A stretch of DNA of 64,000 nt from an uncultured Desulfobacteraceae bacterium (GCA_964520425.1 CAZFMX010000008.1:2314-66313), one strand, 5' to 3'. Positions 9,908 through 19,567 are shown, numbered from the stretch's first letter. Made by a program: numbers and translations. The notes: generated by a model from the letters alone, not told the origin.

Positions 9908-11827
9908 CTACCTCCTTTGCCTCTGCTCCTCGTGAATTAAATCAATAAAAGCCTTCTCGGCCATAAACGGAAGATTTTCGCCGGTTCTCAATCTCGGTGT
10001 AAGACCTTTCTGTTCTTGCTCCTTGTTGCCGATGATGAGCATATACGGAATCTTCTGAAGCTGGGCCTCTCTAACCTTCAGTCCAAGCTTTTCGTTTCGA
10101 AAATCCCCCTTGGCTCTTATACCCCCTTCTTTTAAGGATTTCAACACTTTTTCTCCGTAAGGGATATTTCGATCCGTCACGGTAAGGAGGATGGCCTGTA
10201 CAGGAGAAAGCCAGGTTGGAAAAGTTCCCGCATAGTGTTCTATGAGCACGCCAATGAATCTTTCCATGGCGCCCAGAATCACTCGATGAATCATGACCGG
10301 TCGATGCTTCTGTCCGTCTTTATCTATATACGAGAGATCAAATCTCTCGGGCATGGTAAAGTCACACTGAATGGTTGCACACTGCCATTCTCTCTCCAAG
10401 GCATCCCTCAGCTTCACATCGATTTTGGGTCCATAAAAAGCGCCATCCCCTTCATTGATCTGATACGGCATATGATGATCATCCAGCGCTTTCTTAAGGG
10501 CGTCTGTTGCGCGATTCCAGTCCTTTTCAGAGCCAATGGATTTCTCAGGACGTGTGCTGATCTCGAGTTCATATTCAAATTGGAAGATACCCATGACATC
10601 CCTTACAAAATCAAGAACCCCCTTGATCTCGCCGTCCAGCTGATCCGGTGTACATATGATGTGGGCATCATCCTGTGTAAACTCTCTGACTCTCAGAAGG
10701 CCGTGTAATACCCCGGAGCGTTCATGACGATGAACAAGTCCCAGTTCAAAATATCTTTTAGGCAGGTCTCGATAACTCCGCATCTTGGAGTTGTAAATCA
10801 ACATATGGGCCAAGCAGTTCATCGGTTTGATACCATAGGACTGCTCATCAATCTCGGTGAAGTACATATTCTCACGGTAGTTATCGTAATGTCCGGATCT
10901 CTGCCACAACTCAGTCTTCAGGAGCAGAGGGCCTTTGACGATTTCGTAACCACGTCTCAGATGTTCTTGAATTTCAAAATCCTCTAAAATGTGACGAAGT
11001 ATGTACCCTTTCGGATGCCAAACAATCATTCCAGAACCGATTTCTTCATGGGTACTGAAAAGCTCGAGTTCCTTTCCCAACCTCACATGGTCTCTTTTCT
11101 TGGCCTCTTCAATCTTCTGAAGATGTTTCTTCAATGCCTTGGGATCGGCAAATGCCACACCATAGATTCGACTCAGCATGGGCCTCTTCTCATCACCACG
11201 CCAATATGCACCTGCCATTTTCGTCAATCGAAAGGCTTTGATTTTACCGGTCGATGGAAGATGCGGGCCACGGCAGAGGTCGGTGAAACTCCCTTGAGTG
11301 TAAACAGAAACCCTCTCTTCACCCAAATCCTCTATGATTTCGATCTTATAGTCTTCTCCCCCTTTTTGAAATAACGCGATCGCCTCCTGGCTGGTCATTT
11401 CCCTTCTTTCAAAAGGTAGATCAGCATTGATGATTTCCTTCATCTTTTCTTCAATCTTGGAAAGGTCCTCTTCCTTGAACGGCCGTTCATAATCAAAATC
11501 ATAGTAAAAGCCATTCTCTATGGCAGGGCCGATGGTCACCTTGACGCCTGGGAAAAGCTCCTTAACGGCTTCCGCCATCACATGGGAAGTGCTATGGCGC
11601 ATGATGTCCAGTCCATCTTCTGAATCAAGGAAAACAGGTTCCAGACTATCGTCAGAATCTATTCGTGCGGATAGATCCTTGAGTTCTCCGTTGATCCTGG
11701 CGGCCACTACCCTCTCCAAACCCACGACATGGAGCTCTTCCAAAGCCTCTAGGGCTGAAATGGATGTGGCCTCGATCTCTTTGCCTTCACCATTGATAAG
11801 ATGAATTTTCATTCTCTTCTGATCCAT
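9908..11827 (-). CDS. thrS: Threonine--tRNA ligase
   Basis: 639 aa with TGS domain, editing domain ([11 protein letters not shown]), class II core and anticodon-binding domain. Met6 (ATG at 11812, [10 protein letters not shown]) may be the true start because no SD precedes 11827. Confidence 0.95.
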   Translation of the reverse strand: MDQKRMKIHLINGEGKEIEATSISALEALEELHVVGLERVVAARINGELKDLSARIDSDDSLEPVFLDSEDGLDIMRHSTSHVMAEAVKELFPGVKVTIGPAIENGFYYDFDYERPFKEEDLSKIEEKMKEIINADLPFERREMTSQEAIALFQKGGEDYKIEIIEDLGEERVSVYTQGSFTDLCRGPHLPSTGKIKAFRLTKMAGAYWRGDEKRPMLSRIYGVAFADPKALKKHLQKIEEAKKRDHVRLGKELELFSTHEEIGSGMIVWHPKGYILRHILEDFEIQEHLRRGYEIVKGPLLLKTELWQRSGHYDNYRENMYFTEIDEQSYGIKPMNCLAHMLIYNSKMRSYRDLPKRYFELGLVHRHERSGVLHGLLRVREFTQDDAHIICTPDQLDGEIKGVLDFVRDVMGIFQFEYELEISTRPEKSIGSEKDWNRATDALKKALDDHHMPYQINEGDGAFYGPKIDVKLRDALEREWQCATIQCDFTMPERFDLSYIDKDGQKHRPVMIHRVILGAMERFIGVLIEHYAGTFPTWLSPVQAILLTVTDRNIPYGEKVLKSLKEGGIRAKGDFRNEKLGLKVREAQLQKIPYMLIIGNKEQEQKGLTPRLRTGENLPFMAEKAFIDLIHEEQRQRR

Positions 11828-11839
11828 TCACACAAAGTA

Positions 11840-11885
11840 AATAAGGCATCCGACGCGAGCGGTAGCTCTGCTCAGATGCCTTATT
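11840..11885 (-). promoter_or_regulatory. thrS leader hairpin (possible attenuator/operator)
   Basis: 11-bp perfect stem AATAAGGCATC/GATGCCTTATT encloses a small GAGC/GCTC hairpin. It is followed by the U-rich UUAUUUACUUU on the mRNA strand, 12-28 nt before the thrS start. Confidence 0.45.
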
Positions 11886-12395
11886 GAAAAATCCATCAGA
11901 AAGCACGATCCTATGCTACAACCCTAATCCTTTTCCTTTGACTGAAGTATAAGATTTAATAACAGTCAAAAAGTTCTCAGTTTCACTTCTATCCCGTATA
12001 TGGGTCCATACAGAGAAACCTCAGTAACACTTCCAACTCTACAGCAGAGTATTTGAAATCATTGATAAAATCACATACTTAGCATAACGATACAAGAATA
12101 CAAAGAAAAAGTCAAGACACAATTCCTCCAAATTTAACCATGAATTCCATATCTAACCCCACTCTTTTCGCTTTTTGGAGCCCGATGAAACTAGTATCGT
12201 ATCCCCGAATAAACTTGAATAATAAGTACCCGCTGCACAGATTCAAAGAGGCCCCCATACCCCCCGTGTCATAGAACCTGAAAAATGATTTAAGATATTT
12301 CTGAGACACGACACTAGGAGTATTTTCAAAATAACCGCTTGTTTCATCACCGGGTTCACGGTATTTGCCCAAAACATTGTGTCATTATGTTCCCC

Positions 12396-12425
12396 TTGAC
12401 ATACAATTCAATACTCTCCTATACT
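12396..12425 (+). promoter_or_regulatory. Sigma-70-type promoter of the rhodanese operon
   Basis: TTGACA (12396-12401), 18-nt spacer, TATACT (12420-12425), then CAC. The upstream TGTCATTATGTTCCCC resembles the block at 35790 and 45929. Confidence 0.6.
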
Positions 12426-12563
12426 CACTCTTAAAAAATGATTCTTATCAGCTTTTGAATAGTCACCGAAACGCTTATCTCTACCTGTTATTTGAGGAGT
12501 ATCCTGTAATAAGCTACAGGGAATACGTCCATTATTTTGGTTCAACATATAAAGGTTTTACTC

Positions 12564-13055
12564 ATGATCCGTGATGCCTTGTTAGTCCTCATTATCGCGG
12601 CGACTCTAGCCCTAGTCAGCAACGCGTTCCGAGAGGATGGAATTCCCCTGATAGCCAAAGGGGAATATAACATCCTCGTGCCATGCCCCGAATCCATGGG
12701 AGAGGCAACAGCGATAAACAGTGATGATCCCCTTATTGTGGATCCTGCCTCCCTGCTCATTGATGTGCGGTCCCGGAAGGAGTATGACGAGTGGCATCTT
12801 CCCCAAGCCCTGAATCAACCATACAATTGGCTGGCGGAACAGGATGAAGTAGACCAGAAAGCAGCCGAGGTGGCCAAGAATATAGCCCGAAGCAGAAAGC
12901 ATCACGTGGTTGTTTACGGTGACGGCGAAAACCCTGATGCCGGGGAATACTGGGCAGCATCACTGTCGCAATCGGGCATAAAGAACGTGGTATACATATC
13001 GGGGGGTGCCAATGCGTTTAGCCAGTTGGAAACTTTGTCCGGAGGAAAGCAATGA
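12564..13055 (+). CDS. Rhodanese-homology domain protein, membrane-anchored, apparently lacking the catalytic Cys
   Basis: The ORF opens at 12537. I prefer Met at 12564 (MIRDALLVLIIAATLALV, a TM anchor). The rhodanese fold is visible (LLIDVRSRKEYDEWHLPQALN), but the active-site loop reads VVVYGDGENPDAG with no Cys. Confidence 0.7.
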   Translation: MIRDALLVLIIAATLALVSNAFREDGIPLIAKGEYNILVPCPESMGEATAINSDDPLIVDPASLLIDVRSRKEYDEWHLPQALNQPYNWLAEQDEVDQKAAEVAKNIARSRKHHVVVYGDGENPDAGEYWAASLSQSGIKNVVYISGGANAFSQLETLSGGKQ

Positions 13056-13540
13056 GTCAATATTGGAAAAGGATGATCGGCTCCCAATGGTTGCTCTTGG
13101 GTGCCCGTCTCTACCTGGGTTTGGTGTTTGTCGTCGCAAGCTGGCATAAAATCATGGCCCCTGGGACATTTGCTCTGGATGTCGCTACTTATCAGTTTCT
13201 TCCCCTGTGGGCTACAAACGGATTTGCGCTGGTACTGCCCTGGGTGGAGTTGCTGGCCGGAGTCATGCTGATCTTGGGGCTTCGTGCACGGGCTGCGGCA
13301 TTGCTGGCCCTGTGTATGATGGTGAGTTTCATCGTGGCGCTCATATGGGCGCTTCACCTGGGACTGGACATGGCATGTGGTTGTTTTGCCTCTCAGGCCG
13401 CCACAACAGACGATCCCATCTCCTGGCACACCATGGTTCGGGATCTGATCTGGTTCGCATTAGCACTCTATATTCTCACACTTGATCAGGCACGTCTGGG
13501 GCTTGACCATATCTTTTTTAACAGGAAAGTCAGTTCATGA
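13052..13540 (+). CDS. MauE/DoxX-family membrane protein
   Basis: 162 aa, four predicted TM segments and the CGCF motif (DMACGCFAS). 4-nt ATGA overlap with both neighbours. Confidence 0.7.
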   Translation: MSQYWKRMIGSQWLLLGARLYLGLVFVVASWHKIMAPGTFALDVATYQFLPLWATNGFALVLPWVELLAGVMLILGLRARAAALLALCMMVSFIVALIWALHLGLDMACGCFASQAATTDDPISWHTMVRDLIWFALALYILTLDQARLGLDHIFFNRKVSS

Positions 13541-14373
13541 GACGAATGATCTTCATTTTGATTCTGCTGATCCCCGCTATGGGTATAGCCTCTGAGTCGT
13601 GGGATCAGATTGAAACCTGTACTGATCTTGGGGAAGCTGAACAGGAAGTCGCCCTATCCATTCTAAAATCACGACGGCCATACGACTGCTGTGATGAAAC
13701 GATTCTGGAATGTTTATCAAAGGAGCTGGTTTGCCCCCTTGTTTTGCGGCTTGCCAAAGATATCTGCCGCAGTGCAGGAGAAGGTCGGACCAAGGATCAA
13801 ATTGATGAGGAGTATTCCAAGCGCGTAGCAAGCACGACAGCTCCCCGCCTGGACATCGACATCAGCGGGTCAACACCAGCGGGTGATCCAAACGCAAAGA
13901 TTGAAATCGTTGCATATGTATGCGCGCGATGTCCCTATTGTGCACTATTCACCCGGGACATCTATAAGAGTGTGACCTCAGGAAGGCTCAAAGGAAAAGC
14001 CAAGTTCTATATTCGACCATACGTCCTCCAGCAACACAGGGGATCTTATTACGGCGCGCTGGCCATGAACGCCGCAGAATCTATGGGCAAATTCTGGGAA
14101 ATGTTTCTCTATATGTGTGAGCACTTTAATGATTTTGACCGAGATAAACTTCCCGAATGGGCGGCTTTACAGGGTATGGATGCCGATCAATTTCAAGAGC
14201 TCATGGACGACGATGCCACTTGGGAGAAACAGCTTGAATCCCAGAAAGAAGCAAAACGGAACGGACTCGATAAAACCCCGTTCATTTTCGTAAACAGAAG
14301 ACATTATTCTGCTTCATCGAGGCCGGAGGTTCTTGAGGATTTTGTGGAAGGAGAATATGAGCGACTGCCCTAA
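13537..14373 (+). CDS. Secreted DsbA-like thiol:disulfide oxidoreductase
   Basis: 278 aa with a signal peptide and a thioredoxin-fold CxxC (VCARCPYCALF). Confidence 0.7.
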   Translation: MRRMIFILILLIPAMGIASESWDQIETCTDLGEAEQEVALSILKSRRPYDCCDETILECLSKELVCPLVLRLAKDICRSAGEGRTKDQIDEEYSKRVASTTAPRLDIDISGSTPAGDPNAKIEIVAYVCARCPYCALFTRDIYKSVTSGRLKGKAKFYIRPYVLQQHRGSYYGALAMNAAESMGKFWEMFLYMCEHFNDFDRDKLPEWAALQGMDADQFQELMDDDATWEKQLESQKEAKRNGLDKTPFIFVNRRHYSASSRPEVLEDFVEGEYERLP

Positions 14374-14655
14374 TACCAAGTTTTAGATGTTTTATGAGCT
14401 TTAAAACTATCTCGCAAGGTCCTCTTTATAATTGTTTTTGTGATCCCTATCTTATATGTTCTTCCTGACTGGCTTCGCACTCCTGACAGCCGTCTCTGCT
14501 GCATTTTCCGCAACCGGCTCGTCGAGATGATTCCCTTTGATCACCTCTGCAGCATCTGTTACTCTCCACGGATGATTTTATCTCCGAGCTTCGACACTCT
14601 CCCGAGGGGTATTTGTTATTTTCTCGCACTTTTGGTTTCGTGATAGCGATATTTC

Positions 14656-15912
14656 ATGGATTCTACAAATAAAAAATATTCACTTCGTACTCTGGGTAAT
14701 CATTTTTCGGTCAGAAGCTATCGTCTGGCGGCTAGAGCAATGGCGTTCCCTCTACAACACCATCCGATCGTTGAGAGTGTCTATGTGGCTCGCGGCGTCG
14801 CTCGGGGGGAAGTCTCTTTTGGACGCAGTGATATCGATTTGCGTGTCATTGTACGCACTCCAAATCCCGAGTCTGTAGACGGCCCCGAACTGGTCTCCCT
14901 GTATCGCAGAATGTGCATTCTGAGTAGGGTCAATCCTGCGTTTAACCATATGATGGTATTCGATCCGCAAGGCCTTAACAGGTCCAGCCGACTGGACACG
15001 TATCACAATTCCCTGGAACGCAGAAGTGGTATTCTACTCTCCGGCAAAGACAATCCAATCCCATATAATCCCGTCCGCCGGGAGGATGCAATTCGTTGGG
15101 TTGCATATTACATGGATAGATTTTTCCCCCTTGCAGTGCACCAGAAAAATGGGCGAAACCTGCGTAAATTCTCCGCGGAGATATGGAAAGCCTGGGCGGT
15201 AGCCCGTGGAATAACGCCTGAACCTTACCTGACGATGAAGGAATCCGAGATTGGAGCGCACACCGATCCTGCCGGCGTCGGGCTGTTGGGCAAAGTTCAT
15301 GATCCTGAATTCGCTGTGAAATATGTCATGAATCTTGCCGGGATTTTACATAACGCACTTTTCCCTAAACTCCAATCGCTACTGGAGCCCATTATATTTC
15401 GCATGCCCCTGCCGCCCAGGTCTGTTCGCCGGGTTTTTGTGATTTTGCCGCAGCAGATATCCTCACTGCCGGCTGAGGTTTTCGACGAACATTCATTTAT
15501 CGCGACGCCGGAGCTGCTTCATCTATACATCCACTTCGTCAATCCATTCATGAACTGGAGTTTTCCCGCAGAACTGAAAAGCATGGGATTTCTATCTCCT
15601 GAACCGAGAGAATTCGTGCGTGCATGTCTTTTCTATGGACAGGACAATATGCTGCGCTTCCCCGGCTTTGTGCGTCCGGACACCTGGACACCAGGCATGA
15701 CAGTCGCTATTAACCGATACTGCATTCCCTACTTGCGCAACGGAGAGATCCCACCGCCGATACCTGAGAGCGCTATAAAAAAAGAGTTTAATCATCGGCC
15801 GACGGTATCCGAATACTACTTAAGGGATTTCGCGCGGTTGTATCATGAAGCGGTGGAGCATTGGGAGATCCTTCAGCAGCTGGAAGGGGATTACGGGAAT
15901 TCCGGAAAGTAA
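14656..15912 (+). CDS. Uncharacterised Pol-beta-type nucleotidyltransferase-domain protein, paralogue 1
   Basis: 418 aa. Minimal NTase motif VARGVARGEVSFGRSDIDLRVIV, and the remaining ~300 aa match no family I recognise. Clear full-length homology to 33086-34405. Confidence 0.6.
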   Translation: MDSTNKKYSLRTLGNHFSVRSYRLAARAMAFPLQHHPIVESVYVARGVARGEVSFGRSDIDLRVIVRTPNPESVDGPELVSLYRRMCILSRVNPAFNHMMVFDPQGLNRSSRLDTYHNSLERRSGILLSGKDNPIPYNPVRREDAIRWVAYYMDRFFPLAVHQKNGRNLRKFSAEIWKAWAVARGITPEPYLTMKESEIGAHTDPAGVGLLGKVHDPEFAVKYVMNLAGILHNALFPKLQSLLEPIIFRMPLPPRSVRRVFVILPQQISSLPAEVFDEHSFIATPELLHLYIHFVNPFMNWSFPAELKSMGFLSPEPREFVRACLFYGQDNMLRFPGFVRPDTWTPGMTVAINRYCIPYLRNGEIPPPIPESAIKKEFNHRPTVSEYYLRDFARLYHEAVEHWEILQQLEGDYGNSGK

Positions 15913-15918
15913 CGTGGA

Positions 15919-17046
15919 TCAATCAGCACACACTGCCTCGATCACCCAGAGCTGAGCTGACGTTGGGAGAGCCCTCGTATAGATAAAACCAGCTTCTGCC
16001 AGAAGATCGCGGTATTTTTTCTCGGTGCGTTCCTGTCCCCCCATCTGCGTCAACATCCATAAGTCCAGCCATATTGTTTCAGGATTATCTTCAGCACAAT
16101 CAGGCATAAGACGTTCCAATAGAAGTATTTTCCCTTCCTCTCCCAAAGCTTCGCGACAGTTTCTTAGAATCGTAATGCTACGTTCGTCATCCCAGTTATG
16201 AAGGATATTCTTCAGGATATGAACATCCGCACCTGTAGGGATATGGTTGAGTAAGTCTCCTCCAACAATCCTGCACCGTTCAGCCACACCGGCTTCCTCA
16301 AGGTAAGGCATAGCGTCGTTGGTGACATGTGGTTGGTCGAACAGAATTCCTTTATGGAAGGGATATGCTTCGAGAATGGCGGCTAGGAGGGCTCCATGTC
16401 CACCGCCTATGTCGCCGATAGTATGAAACGAGTGAAAGTCATAGGCAGCCAGGACGCTTTGTGCAATGCGACTTGTATGTCGTCTCATCGCCGTATTATA
16501 GGTCACATCAAGTTCAGGATGCTGTCTGAAATACTCAAAGCAATTAGTTTCTAGATCGGTCCAGGCTGATTTGCCGGTCATTACGCTTTTGAAGAGCGAT
16601 CCGAACACAACATAACGTCCCTCTCCGCATAGGATGGCGGTATTGATTAACGAGTTACGCTTTTTGGAAAGCAGCCACGTTCCCAAGGCGGTGAGACTAA
16701 AGCGCCCGTCCTTTTTCTCGGATAATACACCCAACACGACAAGGCCTCTTAAAAATCTGTACAATGAAGGTGCGTGAGCTCCGACCGAAAGGGCCAGGTC
16801 ATCGCTGTCGCGAGGTCCCTTTACCAGCAAATCGGCCAGGCCGAGTTTAGCTGCTACATAGAGCAGTGCACTTTCTCGATACCCGTTTAAAGATGCCCGA
16901 AGGGCGATCTCTCCCATCCGTGACCTGTTGAGTCTATTTTCCCGGAACCAGATCCGTATAAGACCAACGACAGTCGACAGCAGAAGAGCGGCGCTTAATC
17001 TGAGTTTAACCACAAAGCTCAGGTTGAGAAAGAAAGTTCGATTCAT
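15919..17046 (-). CDS. Class I SAM-dependent O-methyltransferase (family 2 type)
   Basis: SAM motif DIGGGHGALLAAILEAYP, GGDLLNHIPTGADVHILKNILHNWDD, and an N-terminal winged-helix dimerisation region. The first 43 aa are hydrophobic. An internal Met at 16917 would give a typical 332-aa OMT. Confidence 0.8.
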   Translation of the reverse strand: MNRTFFLNLSFVVKLRLSAALLLSTVVGLIRIWFRENRLNRSRMGEIALRASLNGYRESALLYVAAKLGLADLLVKGPRDSDDLALSVGAHAPSLYRFLRGLVVLGVLSEKKDGRFSLTALGTWLLSKKRNSLINTAILCGEGRYVVFGSLFKSVMTGKSAWTDLETNCFEYFRQHPELDVTYNTAMRRHTSRIAQSVLAAYDFHSFHTIGDIGGGHGALLAAILEAYPFHKGILFDQPHVTNDAMPYLEEAGVAERCRIVGGDLLNHIPTGADVHILKNILHNWDDERSITILRNCREALGEEGKILLLERLMPDCAEDNPETIWLDLWMLTQMGGQERTEKKYRDLLAEAGFIYTRALPTSAQLWVIEAVCAD

Positions 17047-17097
17047 TTTGCACTCAATTATGTGATTTTATATTAGACGTCGATGAACAATGGTTAT

Positions 17098-17613
17098 TCA
17101 TTTCTTTTGCCAGTGACCCTTCACCCATATGCCTTTACTGTTGAAGTGACCGGGCACCCAAATAAAATCCGGCTTCTCTTCCACCCTCCAATAACCCTCA
17201 ATCCAAATGATGCCGTCCCAGTAACCGGGTTCCCACACATGACCGACCTTAGGTTTTTCCGGTTTCCAAAAGCCGAATATCCAATCCCCTTCGTCATTCC
17301 AGTAACCCTTAATCCACAAATAGCCTGGTTTGTGTTGAGGTCGCCAAAAACCGCCAACATACTTACCTGATGGATGCATGTACCTTTCTACCCAGACATA
17401 ACCCGCTGCCGGCGGAGCAGGCCTTGATGGAAGCGGGGCAAGCTTGAACCGCTGCTTGATAGGCTTTCGAACAGGTGGGGGTGGGGGTGGCGGCATTACT
17501 ATTTTTTTCGGTGGTAAGGGCTTTGGAGGCGCGGCCCATGCCTCAAAACTCCCGATCATGTATATTAAAGAAAGGATAAGAGAAAGTTGGCAAATTGTAT
17601 TAAGTTTCCTCAT
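17098..17613 (-). CDS. Secreted Pro-rich protein with tandem Trp/Tyr (Y/WxxGxW-type) repeats
   Basis: 171 aa with a signal peptide and a PPKPLPPKKIVMPPPPPPPVRKP tract. Repeats follow: GYVWVERY, GGFWRP, GYLWIKGYW, WIFGFWKP, GHVWEPGYW, IWIEGYW, FIWVPGHF, GIWVKGHW. Confidence 0.6.
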   Translation of the reverse strand: MRKLNTICQLSLILSLIYMIGSFEAWAAPPKPLPPKKIVMPPPPPPPVRKPIKQRFKLAPLPSRPAPPAAGYVWVERYMHPSGKYVGGFWRPQHKPGYLWIKGYWNDEGDWIFGFWKPEKPKVGHVWEPGYWDGIIWIEGYWRVEEKPDFIWVPGHFNSKGIWVKGHWQKK

Positions 17614-17781
17614 AATATGCCTCCTTTATTATTAATAAATATGATTCAATTAACTATAGTATATTTAAATTATATAATTATAGATGTGATCTTGAATTCG
17701 AAAAGACTTCAGACTCCCTGTTGATATATCATACGAATCCTCACTGTTGATGTAAAGCAGTAGACGTGAAAAACTGTATCC

Positions 17782-17810
17782 TTGACTCTCTGACTCTGTT
17801 TTTTAATACT
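17782..17810 (+). promoter_or_regulatory. Candidate sigma-70 promoter
   Basis: TTGACT, 17 nt, then AATACT, inside a very AT-rich divergent region upstream of 17957. Confidence 0.4.
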
Positions 17811-17956
17811 ATGATGGAACGGCGGAGCATGCGTTTTGTTCAAGTAATGGATAGCATTCCAACCATCTGAGGATTCCTGGCGGTGTCTGGTTGTCGGACT
17901 TCGGAGATTCCGACTGTTATAAGCATCATCATTTTGTCGTTCAAGGAGGATTTGAA

Positions 17957-18421
17957 ATGAAAAAGTATTTTACCGTGTTCTCCATCGTGTCTTTTCTCAG
18001 TTTCATCCTTTTGATATCTCTATCACATGCGCTTGAACCCATACAGACACAGCCTTCCTCAGACGGGAGACTTGAGGCCTCGCTTATTGGGGCAGTCATA
18101 AAGAGGGGTGTACTCACGGTCAAGGTTTCTATTGAAAACACTTCCACCGATCGTATTGAGCCCGAATTTGCCTATGAAAGTGTATACTTTGCAGATGTTG
18201 AAGCCCAGAAAAAATATTTCGCGCTCAAGGATGAGAACGGGTTGTATATTGCGGGACCCCGGCATAGCGAATGGCATGGAGGCAGTTTCAAGCAGCATAT
18301 GAACCCAGGCGACAAAATGATCATTTGGGTGAAGTTCCCTGCGCCACCGGAATCAACCAAAGTGGTTGATGTCTTTTTTCCCGGTATTCTGCCTTTCGAA
18401 GAAGTGGAACTCAAACGATGA
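17957..18421 (+). CDS. Secreted hypothetical protein (beta-sandwich-like)
   Basis: The ORF opens at 17891. AGGAGG lies 8 nt before ATG 17957, which begins MKKYFTVFSIVSFLSFILLISLSHA (signal peptide). No recognisable catalytic motif. Confidence 0.55.
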   Translation: MKKYFTVFSIVSFLSFILLISLSHALEPIQTQPSSDGRLEASLIGAVIKRGVLTVKVSIENTSTDRIEPEFAYESVYFADVEAQKKYFALKDENGLYIAGPRHSEWHGGSFKQHMNPGDKMIIWVKFPAPPESTKVVDVFFPGILPFEEVELKR

Positions 18422-18432
18422 CAGGCTGAGAC

Positions 18433-19101
18433 ATGATATTCCGAATCTTGAAATCGGTTTTCTTGGCTTGCACAATTCTTCTTTCTCTTTCTTCCCCGGC
18501 AATCGCTGCAGAAGAATATAAAGGGCCGGACGATGAAGAGACTATAAAGGCCGCCCAGAAAGCCTTGCAGGCTTTGAATTCGGAAAAAGGGGCCATTCCT
18601 ATTGCGGGTGTCGAAGTCAACATTCAAGAGGGCACCGTTGTTCGCATTATAGGATTCGAGACGGTTTCTTATTCGGGCAGTTCTGCTGACATCAATAAAG
18701 CCTTAGAAGAGTTTGGAGCAAAAGAGATCGATATGGGGATACAGATTTCCCTCTCAGGAGATATTCTATTTGATTTTGATAAATGGGAGATCAAGGAGCA
18801 AGCGATTGACACTCTGACTAGACTTGCAAAGCTCATAAAAGACCTCAAAAAGCACCGTGTGCTGATTGAGGGGCATACAGACTCGAAGGGCAGCGAATCC
18901 TATAACCTGGATTTGTCGAACAAAAGAGCCCTTTCTGTCAAGGAATGGTTTGTTTCAGCAGGGACTCTTAGTGATATCGAATTTCAGGTCAAAGGGTATG
19001 GTGAGTCTTCACCCATCGCTCCGAACACAAAATCCGATGGCAGCGACAATCCGGACGGAAGAGCTTCAAATCGTCGAGTAGAGATTATTATTGGAGATTA
19101 A
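18433..19101 (+). CDS. OmpA/MotB C-terminal-domain protein
   Basis: 222 aa with a signal peptide and the OmpA-like peptidoglycan-binding motif GHTDSKGSESYNLDLSNKRALSV...NRRVEI. Confidence 0.85.
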   Translation: MIFRILKSVFLACTILLSLSSPAIAAEEYKGPDDEETIKAAQKALQALNSEKGAIPIAGVEVNIQEGTVVRIIGFETVSYSGSSADINKALEEFGAKEIDMGIQISLSGDILFDFDKWEIKEQAIDTLTRLAKLIKDLKKHRVLIEGHTDSKGSESYNLDLSNKRALSVKEWFVSAGTLSDIEFQVKGYGESSPIAPNTKSDGSDNPDGRASNRRVEIIIGD

Positions 19102-19245
19102 GGTGTTTTTCCCCTTCTCTGACTCTGAATCCGTCTCATTCTGTTATGCCTGAGAATCGCGATCTTCAGCATTTGTAAAGGCTAGCTGAGTTTCGTGTCC
19201 CAGAAGTCACCCACAAAATGACGCGTCCCTGCTAAAAATCCATGC

Positions 19246-19462
19246 GGGCGTAAGGGGAGCTCTTTTCAGTTCGTCACCATTTATTCAGAAGTCGTGGAAC
19301 GGCACCAGGTTTATGCATGTTTTACAACAGCCAAACGGAGCCATATTTTCACAGCAACGATTATCCTTTGTGCCTGTCCATCGGGCGTAATCCGCTTTGG
19401 AGGCGGCAATAGGCTTGGTCGTCTTTTGGGTGACGGAACTGAAAAGACCTCCCCTTACGCCC
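19246..19462. mobile_element. Family-D MITE-like element with 33-bp terminal inverted repeats
   Basis: Left arm GGGCGTAAGGGGAGCTCTTTTCAGTTCGTCACC (19246-19278). Right arm GGTGACGGAACTGAAAAGACCTCCCCTTACGCCC (19429-19462). The arms are near-perfect reverse complements flanking about 150 bp. Confidence 0.6.
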
Positions 19463-19567
19463 TCTTTTGCGCGTCCTAGAGTCTATTCCGTACAATGAGA
19501 GTTATTTCCGGGACATGACACTAGTCTCTCTAACCATAATTCCCGATTTTATAGATCATAATGCAGG

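Noticed and set aside
12112-12372. 86-aa minus-strand ORF in the AT-rich thrS/rhodanese divergent region
   Set aside because: It has no RBS and no recognisable motif, and it overlaps the promoter-upstream region. It could be a small protein, but nothing supports that.
12612-13429. Minus-strand ORFs of 97, 68 and 171 aa
   Set aside because: They are antisense to the rhodanese and MauE genes. The peptides are His/Gln/Pro/Gly-rich and low in complexity, and there are no start-site signals.
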